DNA of 28,266 nucleotides from Candidatus Magasanikiibacteriota bacterium (lineage in GTDB: Bacteria > Patescibacteriota > Patescibacteriia > Magasanikbacterales > UBA922): NCBI GenBank assembly GCA_043800545.1, contig JAZDMW010000005.1, positions 1 through 28,266 on the forward strand. The letters run 5' to 3'. Both the position numbers and the translations under genes were made by a program. Of the stretch, positions 1 to 6,787 are shown one piece after another (position 1 is the stretch's first letter; every line of letters starts with the position of its first letter). The notes under the pieces were generated by a model. It saw only the letters and a program-made list of their open reading frames with translations, made no database searches and had not been told where the DNA came from.

Positions 1-1670
1 TCTACAACAGAAGTAGAAACCAAAATATCTATTTCCCCTTGTACAAAGGCATTCATAGAATCATCTTTTTCTTTTGGTTTCATTTTTCCATGCAAATATC
101 CAACACGCAAATCTGGAAATATTTTTTCTGCAAGCATTGTATATTCACTCATGACAGACTTTTTTTCATTTTCTTTATTTTCTTCAATAAGTGGACAAAT
201 AACAAATACTTGTCTTCCTTCTTTTACTTGTGAACGAATAAAATCATAGGCACTCTCCCTTTTATGAGGTTCAATCAATTTTGTATCAATTGGTTTTCTT
301 CCTTTTGGCATAGTTTTAATCAGAGAAATATCCAAATCTCCATAGAGCGCCAAGGCAAATGATCGAGGAATCGGCGTCGCTGTCATAGAAAGAAAATGTG
401 GAGTTGTTTCTTTATTTCCAGATTTCTCTTTTAATCTTTTTCTTTGATCCACACCAAATCTATGTTGTTCATCCACAATAACAAGACCTAAATCATGAAA
501 TTCTACACCTTCAGACAAAAGTGCATGTGTTCCAACAATAAATTGTGAGTCCCCTGTTTTAATGGATTCGAGTACCTCACGTTTTCTTCCGATCTTTGTT
601 TTTTCCTGTATTTCTTTTCCAAACATATCCACACCAGATTGTACGAGGAGTGCAATAGGTATATTTTGTTTTTGTAATAAAGCAGAGAAAGAAGCAAAAT
701 GTTGTCGTGCTAAAATTTCTGTTGGAGCCATAACCACGACTTGTTTGTGATTCAAAATTGCATTCAGAGCAACAAGGGCTGCAACCACTGTTTTCCCAGA
801 ACCAACATCTCCTTCAAGGAGTCTATTCATTGGTTCTTCTTTTTCCATGTCCTGCAGAATTTCCCATGCTGAAACTTTTTGATCTTTCGTAAGTTCAAAG
901 GAAAGAGAAGAAACAAATTCTTTTGTTTCCTTTTCCCGAAATGAAATTTTTTCTGCTTTTGAACGACGCAAAGCTTGTCGTACCATTTCTGCACGAAGTT
1001 GGAGTAAAAAGAGTTCATCAAATTTTAATCTGGTTTCAGCCTGTTTTAACTGGAGATTAGAATCCGGAAAATGTATATACCGTATGGCTTCAGCAAGAGG
1101 AATAATATCTGCTTTTTTCTGTATATCTTCTGGAATCCAATCTTCAAATTCTTTTGCAAGATCAATAACCTGATCCAATAAAAATCTCATTTGTTTATGG
1201 GTAATTCCACTCGTCAATGGATACAGAGGAACAATCCGTGCTGTGTGGGTAGTGGTTCCATCCTTTTTCACTTTTTCATATCCAGGACTTTTGAGTTGTA
1301 TACCAAACATGTCTACGGTTATTTTTCCAGAAAAATAGTATTCTTCCCCCACCTTCATAGTCTTGGCAATATATGGTTGTCCAAACCAAATGACTTTTAA
1401 CTGACCCGTATCATCTGCAATGATAGCCTCTGTCATAAATGTTCGTCTCCTTGGACTCCTCTTCGCCTGAATAAGCATCACCCGTCCCTTTATGGTAACT
1501 TGTTGCCCATCCTCAACCTCTGATACATGAGCTATAACAGAAAAATCCTCATACCGAAAAGGAAAATACATCAAAAGATCCCGTACTGTATTTATTCCAA
1601 GACGTCTCAAACGCTTTTCCAAAGCTTCTCCCACCCTATTTAATTGTTTTATGGATGTTGTGAGTTTCAT
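1..1670 (-). CDS. recG: ATP-dependent DNA helicase RecG (5' portion; runs off the left edge, so absent from the ORF track)
   Basis: Manual translation from ATG at 1670: MKLTTSIKQLNRVGEALEKRLRRLGINTVRDLLMYFPFRYEDFS..., then PMNRLLEGDVGSGKT (Walker A), IVDEQHRFG (motif II) and MTATPIPRS (motif III). Confidence 0.97.
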   Translation of the reverse strand, partial: MKLTTSIKQLNRVGEALEKRLRRLGINTVRDLLMYFPFRYEDFSVIAHVSEVEDGQQVTIKGRVMLIQAKRSPRRRTFMTEAIIADDTGQLKVIWFGQPYIAKTMKVGEEYYFSGKITVDMFGIQLKSPGYEKVKKDGTTTHTARIVPLYPLTSGITHKQMRFLLDQVIDLAKEFEDWIPEDIQKKADIIPLAEAIRYIHFPDSNLQLKQAETRLKFDELFLLQLRAEMVRQALRRSKAEKISFREKETKEFVSSLSFELTKDQKVSAWEILQDMEKEEPMNRLLEGDVGSGKTVVAALVALNAILNHKQVVVMAPTEILARQHFASFSALLQKQNIPIALLVQSGVDMFGKEIQEKTKIGRKREVLESIKTGDSQFIVGTHALLSEGVEFHDLGLVIVDEQHRFGVDQRKRLKEKSGNKETTPHFLSMTATPIPRSFALALYGDLDISLIKTMPKGRKPIDTKLIEPHKRESAYDFIRSQVKEGRQVFVICPLIEENKENEKKSVMSEYTMLAEKIFPDLRVGYLHGKMKPKEKDDSMNAFVQGEIDILVSTSVV

Positions 1671-1695
1671 ACACAAATTGTAGCAAATTCTAAGG

Positions 1696-1734
1696 AAAAG
1701 AAAAAACCCGCCAGAGGTCCGAAGACGTGGCGGG
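1696..1734 (-). terminator. Intrinsic terminator with UUCG-capped inner stem
   Basis: Minus strand CCCGCCA-C-GTC-TTCG-GAC-CTC-TGGCGGG-TTTTTTCTTTT, just downstream of the 1773-2252 ORF. Confidence 0.8.
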
Positions 1735-1772
1735 CAAGCAGTGGGTCTGCTCAATCCTTGTTGCTGTTCCGA

Positions 1773-2252
1773 TCAGAGGATGATGATGCCGTGGTGGCCG
1801 TCCATCATGGCCGACGCCATCGCACCGTTCCTCATCACCATACCTCCGAGACCTCGCACGAGCTCCCGTGCTTCCCTTCCGGTTGCGTCGACGGGAACAA
1901 GAGTGTCAAGGACGATACCATCGACGTAGCCAAGCTCGTCACGGAGTCGCTGTTGCACTTCGTCCTCCGAAGAGGACGAAATGATGATGTGTCGCACGGC
2001 GATTCTGATCTCGGCGTCGGTCATTTCGTCGTACGACTTACGTCGCACCACGACTGCTCCGATCGAATCGATGAGCTTGGTATGCCGGGCCGCGCGGATC
2101 ACGGAGTTGGCGAGCGACAAGGCCTTGCGGGGATTACGTTCCCCGACGAAAGACATGGAGGGATTGCGCCCCCTCGAACGTCGCCACGTGGCGTGAGCCA
2201 CGACCTGCTCAGCAGAACCTTGCTCTTGTTGGGAAAAAGCAGACTTCTTCAT
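1773..2252 (-). CDS. Hypothetical protein, GC-rich ORFan (159 aa)
   Basis: SD GAGGAG 8 nt before ATG at 2252 (the track start 2261 is a GTG overlapping the SD); terminator downstream on the same strand; sampled line 1861-1920 is 35/60 GC. No family recognised. Confidence 0.7.
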   Translation of the reverse strand: MKKSAFSQQEQGSAEQVVAHATWRRSRGRNPSMSFVGERNPRKALSLANSVIRAARHTKLIDSIGAVVVRRKSYDEMTDAEIRIAVRHIIISSSSEDEVQQRLRDELGYVDGIVLDTLVPVDATGREARELVRGLGGMVMRNGAMASAMMDGHHGIIIL

Positions 2253-2334
2253 GATGGTCACTCCTCTCGTTTGGGCTTGGGGTTTTGAAATTCTTGCAAC
2301 ACATTAGGGGAAAAAGTTGGTTTTCTAATATTCT

Positions 2335-3210
2335 TCAAAATCCGAAGGAGACCAACACGATGCCGATCAGGCTACTCGCGATAACAAAGATCTCCCAACG
2401 AGACATATTGCGTGCCTCGCCGAAGAATATCAGACCGATGACAGAAGGGATAAACATTTCTGCCACCAGTTGTATGGGTTGGATCACCGTGATTGGAACA
2501 AGCTCTCGCATCCAGTACGAAACCATGAGAGATGTCCAAACCATGAGAGCCAGAAAGAGCAGTTTTCCTTTCTGAGGAAGTGTCAGAGGAATACTCGATT
2601 CCTTCTTCCCCATAATGACGAATCTCGTGATGAGGGCACCTATCCATGCACCCACGTACCACGCGACTACGAATGTCAGGATGTGCATTCCCTTCACAGA
2701 GAAAAAACGCATCGCGAAGAACGCAAATCCCCAGACACTGCTATAACCAAGCACCCACCAGATATGCTGCGCGGAGGGAGCTCCACCGGCAGAATGCTTC
2801 ATTGTAGCAAAAATCGTGGCGCAGATGAATGAAACAGCAATCCCTGCAATTAGCATTGGGTTGAGGACGTCAAGTTCACCTAGGACTGCATAAGCAAGTC
2901 CGATGGCAAACAAATCGTCCAGGTTACTCAGCATCGCCGTACGGGACATCGAAATGTCATACGCACGCCAATGGCAATAACAGCCAAAGGCGTTCAAGAC
3001 TCCAATGGCAGATATGACAAGAACCGACCACGTCAATTCAAGTCGTCCTGCAATCATTGCCGTTGTTAGTGCGAAAATTGCAGCAAAGAAAAATTGCCAC
3101 ACGAGTTTTCGCGTGCGCGACCCTTCAGTCGCTCCAATTTTCTTCACCAAAACCTGGACGAGGCCGTACTGGTAACAGCAGGCCAGGAACACCAAAACTT
3201 CCCAACGCAT
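2335..3210 (-). CDS. DMT/EamA-like membrane transporter
   Basis: 291 aa with about 10 hydrophobic segments in two repeats; repeats end in AYAVLGE and GLIFFGE, as in EamA-type proteins. Confidence 0.7.
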   Translation of the reverse strand: MRWEVLVFLACCYQYGLVQVLVKKIGATEGSRTRKLVWQFFFAAIFALTTAMIAGRLELTWSVLVISAIGVLNAFGCYCHWRAYDISMSRTAMLSNLDDLFAIGLAYAVLGELDVLNPMLIAGIAVSFICATIFATMKHSAGGAPSAQHIWWVLGYSSVWGFAFFAMRFFSVKGMHILTFVVAWYVGAWIGALITRFVIMGKKESSIPLTLPQKGKLLFLALMVWTSLMVSYWMRELVPITVIQPIQLVAEMFIPSVIGLIFFGEARNMSRWEIFVIASSLIGIVLVSFGF

Positions 3211-3290
3211 GATTTGGCCTTCTGTTAGATTGTCAACGTTCTTTTATCACCACCGGTGACAGAGGTTTCCAAGCAATTGGATAACGAAAG

Positions 3291-3319
3291 AGTATAACAA
3301 AAATACTTCTGTTTGTCAA
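3291..3319 (-). promoter_or_regulatory. sigma70-type promoter for the DMT gene
   Basis: TTGACA (3319-3314) - 17 nt - TATACT (3296-3291). Confidence 0.75.
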
Positions 3320-3364
3320 GCCTTAATTTTTAAAATTTGGACCGGGGGTAGAAAAATAAATTAT

Positions 3365-3393
3365 AAAAAAAGAGCACCCTGATGAAAGGGTGC
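3365..3393 (-). terminator. Intrinsic terminator
   Basis: GCACCCT-TTCATC-AGGGTGC-TCTTTTTTT, downstream of the 3424 stop codon. Confidence 0.75.
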
Positions 3394-3423
3394 GAGATGG
3401 GGGTGAGACAAAAAGGAAAATTC

Positions 3424-3651
3424 CTAATGAGAAAGCTTCCTACAACGAGGATAGACATCTCGTGTCTTGAGGCGAATCCTCCTCGGACGAAGAGCTTTAC
3501 GTCGCTTTGCCTCTTCTCTCGTGATCCATGTTCCATTTGGAAGGAATACATACTTCCGTCCAAAGGCCCTTGCAATTGCAACTAATTCATTTGCCATTCT
3601 TTCAATATCCTCCTCTGTCGCAAGGGGGATAAAATCGGGATTATCTGACAT
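3424..3651 (-). CDS. Small hypothetical protein, basic C-terminus (75 aa)
   Basis: SD AGGAGG before ATG at 3651 (MSDNPDFIP...); terminator downstream. Confidence 0.65.
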   Translation of the reverse strand: MSDNPDFIPLATEEDIERMANELVAIARAFGRKYVFLPNGTWITREEAKRRKALRPRRIRLKTRDVYPRCRKLSH

Positions 3652-3661
3652 TTTCTGCCTC

Positions 3662-3925
3662 CTAACGCAGTTCTTCGGGCAAACGAGCCCGCTCAAAAAG
3701 GTAAGGACCAACAGCCAGAACTTCCTGGACCAATTTCTTCAGTCTTTCCTGGCGAACGAGAGCTCCCGGAAGAACCTGAAGAAGAAACCTCCTATGCCCC
3801 TCCTCCGTTAATATCCAACAATGAAAGAAGGAATCCCACCTGTAATAGGTGCCCCTCATGCGAAGGCGACACTTCTTGCCACAAGAAATATATGCCCTCA
3901 CATGTCGGGATGTTAATTTTCTCAT
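3662..3925 (-). CDS. Small hypothetical protein (87 aa)
   Basis: SD AAGGAGG before ATG at 3925 (MRKLTSRH...); promoter upstream; stop 10 nt before the next ATG. Confidence 0.65.
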   Translation of the reverse strand: MRKLTSRHVRAYISCGKKCRLRMRGTYYRWDSFFHCWILTEEGHRRFLLQVLPGALVRQERLKKLVQEVLAVGPYLFERARLPEELR

Positions 3926-3954
3926 CAAAAGACCTCCTTGGTTGGTGTAAAATA

Positions 3955-3984
3955 AGAGTAACATACCAAAAGACGAAATGTCAA
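3955..3984 (-). promoter_or_regulatory. sigma70-type promoter
   Basis: TTGACA (3984-3979) - 18 nt - TACTCT (3960-3955), with an extended -10 TG. Confidence 0.55.
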
Positions 3985-3996
3985 TTTATTAATTAC

Positions 3997-4025
3997 TTTA
4001 CAGAAAAAATGGGATATGATATAAA
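3997..4025 (+). promoter_or_regulatory. sigma70-type promoter
   Basis: TTTACA (3997-4002) - 17 nt - TATAAA (4020-4025), with an extended -10 TG. Confidence 0.5.
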
Positions 4026-4070
4026 TCACTGTGGTCACTCGGGTTAAACAATCTGGCAAGGAGAGAAAAG

Positions 4071-4280
4071 ATGCAAGATTACGATCTGATAATTACAGCT
4101 GTCAGTTCTGATCTATTCTTCCTCCCGAGGCTTGAACGCATTCTTCATACTTTCGAGTGTGGAATTGTCGTTTCTATTTCCTCCATTCCCCGCATAAGAA
4201 AATATTTTCTCTGCGGGTTTTATTTTTTTAAAAAGATGATTGACATAAATAATAGAGCAAAAAAAAGACACCTCAGATGA
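4071..4280 (+). CDS. Possible small hypothetical protein (69 aa); doubtful
   Basis: SD AAGGAG and ATG present, but a terminator-like hairpin lies inside the ORF at 4189-4229. Confidence 0.3.
   Translation: MQDYDLIITAVSSDLFFLPRLERILHTFECGIVVSISSIPRIRKYFLCGFYFFKKMIDINNRAKKRHLR
4189..4229 (+). terminator. Intrinsic terminator-like hairpin
   Basis: CCCGCA-TA-AGAAA-ATAT-TTTCT-C-TGCGGG followed by TTTTATTTTTTT. Confidence 0.55.
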
Positions 4281-4285
4281 GGTGC
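4259..4285 (-). terminator. Intrinsic terminator overlapping the stop codon of the zinc-ribbon gene
   Basis: GCACCTC-ATCT-GAGGTGT-CTTTTTTTT. Confidence 0.7.
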
Positions 4286-4512
4286 AGGCAGGATGAGGAG
4301 GAGGGAAGGAAGATTACTCGGTGGGCTTCTGATTGGTCGGACCAGAAATCTTGGTCACAAAACGGGTGTAGCGTGCACGACGATCCTCGGGGGCAAGGTC
4401 TTCCACCGCAGTACGAACACTCAACGGCATCTTCAGGGTCACGTTCCCCATGGGGATTGCGACGCTCATCGATATCATACACGGCCCCACATTTCTCGCA
4501 GGTTACCTTCAT
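4273..4512 (-). CDS. Small Cys-rich zinc-ribbon protein (79 aa)
   Basis: MKVTCEKCGAVYDIDE...CSYC, 8 Cys in total; SD AAGGAG; sampled line 4381-4440 is 36/60 GC. N-terminus resembles MJ0042-type zinc ribbons. Confidence 0.7.
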   Translation of the reverse strand: MKVTCEKCGAVYDIDERRNPHGERDPEDAVECSYCGGRPCPRGSSCTLHPFCDQDFWSDQSEAHRVIFLPSSSSCLHLI

Positions 4513-4537
4513 GACGACTCCTTAAAGTCTGTTGAAG

Positions 4538-4563
4538 AAAAAAACACTCATCCATAGAGTGCT
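4538..4563 (-). terminator. Terminator immediately after tRNA-Arg
   Basis: AGCACTC-TATGGAT-GAGTGTT-TTTTT. Confidence 0.65.
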
Positions 4564-4566
4564 TCG

Positions 4567-4638
4567 TGCTCTCGGCAGGAATCGAACCTGCATTACCAGT
4601 TCCGCAAACTGATGTCCTATCCATTGAACGACGGGAGC
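4567..4638 (-). tRNA. tRNA-Arg (anticodon GCG), CCA not encoded
   Basis: Cloverleaf GCTCCCG/CGAGAGC (one C5-A68 mismatch), D stem GTTC/GGAC, anticodon arm TCAGT-TTGCGGA-ACTGG, T arm GCAGG-TTCGATT-CCTGC, discriminator A. Confidence 0.92.
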
Positions 4639-4652
4639 ATTATTTCGTGAAT

Positions 4653-4681
4653 AGTATACAATAAAAAAACAGATCTGTCAA
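4653..4681 (-). promoter_or_regulatory. sigma70-type promoter of tRNA-Arg
   Basis: TTGACA (4681-4676) - 17 nt - TATACT (4658-4653). Confidence 0.75.
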
Positions 4682-4694
4682 CTGACAAATCTGT
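4663..4694 (-). terminator. Terminator of the upstream membrane-protein gene; contains the tRNA promoter -35
   Basis: ACAGATTTGTC-AGTT-GACAGATCTGT-TTTTTT. Confidence 0.6.
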
Positions 4695-4702
4695 ATAGTT
4701 CT

Positions 4703-5206
4703 TTAATGGAGCTTCCATCCCCTACGAAGCACCTCAGAAATAGTTTCTTCCTCTTTATCTGGATTTTCTGGTAAAAACTCACGGAGAGAAGAACGTATTT
4801 CTATTGGATCTGTTTCATCCAAAGGCAAAATAATTTTTGGTCTATACATGTCTTTTGTTTCAAAATACAAATTCTTTACTTGTGGAGGTTCATATACGAT
4901 AAAAAATTCATCAAGTTCGCTATAGTGATAAAACTTATCCCCTACCAAAACTCCCATTTCTGTAATAGCACATTGAATTTCTGGAGATTTCTGTTTTGCC
5001 TGCAAAAAAAGTATTATTCCAAAAAGTACGATGACAAAGGCAAAAAGGAAATTATCTGTATAAATTCCATAGCCGACGAATGCTAACCCAATAACAGCTA
5101 CAATAATATACCATAGGTATCCCCTGGTATAACTGTCATATTCCTTAATTTTCCATAAATGGAGCACTTCTCCAATTGCCATATTTGGCGAAATTGTTTT
5201 TGGCAT
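4703..5206 (-). CDS. Conserved-looking small membrane protein (two TM helices, then a soluble domain)
   Basis: LHLWKIKEYDSYTRGYLWY followed by two hydrophobic helices. Recalls a CPR-widespread DUF5673-like family (from memory, unverified). Start set at 5206 because the longer ORF overlaps the promoter at 5244-5272; 5230 is an alternative. Confidence 0.7.
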   Translation of the reverse strand: MPKTISPNMAIGEVLHLWKIKEYDSYTRGYLWYIIVAVIGLAFVGYGIYTDNFLFAFVIVLFGIILFLQAKQKSPEIQCAITEMGVLVGDKFYHYSELDEFFIVYEPPQVKNLYFETKDMYRPKIILPLDETDPIEIRSSLREFLPENPDKEEETISEVLRRGWKLH

Positions 5207-5243
5207 AAAAATAGCTAAAAAAAACGACATTTTTAACAAATAA

Positions 5244-5301
5244 AGTATATCATACATTGAGAAAAAAACCAATTGCCAAAAAGCAATTTTTACTGTATAA
5301 T
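5244..5301. promoter_or_regulatory. Back-to-back divergent promoters
   Basis: Minus: TTGGTT (5272-5267) - 17 - TATACT (5249-5244) with TG. Plus: TTGCCA (5273-5278) - 17 - TATAAT (5296-5301). Confidence 0.6.
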
Positions 5302-5317
5302 AACAACCAGAATACTT

Positions 5318-6787
5318 ATGAGTGAAAAATATATTAACTTTATTCCTGATGAGGAAAAAACCTACCTCAAACAGGAACCAAAACCAAAAAAACGACGTTT
5401 CTGGATTTTTGCTCTATTCCTTCTTTTTTTTGTTGGCTGTACTACTTATGCCTTCATGCCAGCAAGCATGCCAGAGGATCCTGAAGCCTATGACCCACAG
5501 ACTCTTGAGCCTATCGCTCCAGATAGTTTTATTGGAAAAGTAAAAAAATTCATATTTAGCAAAGAAAAGAACCTTCAAGGTACGAAAGATGACCGTATTA
5601 ATCTGCTCCTCATGGGTATAGGAGGCGAAGGACATGATGGAGGAAGCCTTGCAGATACGATTATGATTGTATCGGTGAAACCAAGTACCAAGCAAATTGC
5701 CCTTATTTCTGTACCTCGTGATTTGGCTGTAAATATGAAAGATGAGGGAGTTTGGAAGATAAATCATGCCAATTACTTTGGAGAAAAGGAAAAGAAAAAC
5801 TATGGACCTGTATACATGTCTCAGGTCATAAAAGAAAGCTTTGGGCTTGACATACACTACTATGCTCGTGTAGACTTTAAGGCCTTCACTGAAATCATCG
5901 ATAATATCGGTGGAATTCGTGTAAATGTAGAGAAAAGCTTCACAGATACAGAATATCCAGCCGCCAATTACCTCTACCAGGTAGTAAACTTTACACAGGG
6001 TGATCAAGTCATGGACGGAGACACAGCTCTTAAATTCGCACGTTCACGTCATGGAAACAATGGAGAAGGTTCGGATTTCGCCCGAGCAAAACGTCAACAA
6101 AAAGTTATTCTTGCAGTGAAAGAAAAAATATTTTCTTTTGGAACACTTGCAAATCCAGTCCGAATTAATAAAATACTCCAAACTCTTGATAAAAACATTG
6201 CAACGAATCTTGAGCTCTCAGATATTATTACTTTCCTTCGAATGGCAAAGGAACTTGATACTACAGAAATAACGACCCTTGTTCTCGACAATAGTACTGG
6301 TGGATATTTAAAAAACAGTATCAATTCCGCTGGAGCCTATATACTCGAACCTGTAACTGGTAATTTTGATGAAATCTCGAATGCTATAAAAAATATTTTT
6401 GATAAAAATACTCAAACTGCAATTCGGAAAACAACAACCTCAACAGATAACACTCCAATCCAGGAAGCACCTCTTGAAGAAAAACCTAATATTGAAATAA
6501 AAAATGGTACATGGAGACCTGGACTTGCCGCGAGAACACGAGATGTATTAACAGGTACTGATTATATAATTAATGAAGTTGGAAATACGAATGAACGACC
6601 ACATATGCAAGGTGGAATATATAATGTAAAAAAAAATATTTTCCTTACTACAGTATTAGAAAACATTGCAAGTAAACTCCAAATTCCAATAAAGCAAGAT
6701 ATTCCCCTTGGAGAAACCACGACTACAGGAACAGACATACTTATTATTCTTGGTGAAGACTTTAATGAAGAAACTCTCTCAATATGA
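5318..6787 (+). CDS. LCP (LytR-CpsA-Psr) family glycopolymer transferase with C-terminal LytR_C-like domain
   Basis: N-terminal TM helix; INLLLMG...DTIMIVS...ISVPRD, KINHA, ALKFARSRH, SDFARAKRQQ. ATG at 5318 lies downstream of the promoter. Confidence 0.92.
   Translation: MSEKYINFIPDEEKTYLKQEPKPKKRRFWIFALFLLFFVGCTTYAFMPASMPEDPEAYDPQTLEPIAPDSFIGKVKKFIFSKEKNLQGTKDDRINLLLMGIGGEGHDGGSLADTIMIVSVKPSTKQIALISVPRDLAVNMKDEGVWKINHANYFGEKEKKNYGPVYMSQVIKESFGLDIHYYARVDFKAFTEIIDNIGGIRVNVEKSFTDTEYPAANYLYQVVNFTQGDQVMDGDTALKFARSRHGNNGEGSDFARAKRQQKVILAVKEKIFSFGTLANPVRINKILQTLDKNIATNLELSDIITFLRMAKELDTTEITTLVLDNSTGGYLKNSINSAGAYILEPVTGNFDEISNAIKNIFDKNTQTAIRKTTTSTDNTPIQEAPLEEKPNIEIKNGTWRPGLAARTRDVLTGTDYIINEVGNTNERPHMQGGIYNVKKNIFLTTVLENIASKLQIPIKQDIPLGETTTTGTDILIILGEDFNEETLSI

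Noticed and set aside
1644-2288. 214-aa plus-strand ORF
   Set aside because: Antisense shadow of the GC-rich minus gene; the SD and terminator both point to the minus strand, and it overlaps the recG start.
4277-4525. Plus-strand ORFs overlapping the zinc-ribbon gene
   Set aside because: No SD; the minus ORF has an SD, a Cys motif and a terminator.
1680-4566. Integron cassette array or tRNA-targeted island with att repeats
   Set aside because: No integrase, no RYYYAAC/GTTRRRY-bounded attC-like sites and no duplicate of the tRNA 3' end were found by eye.
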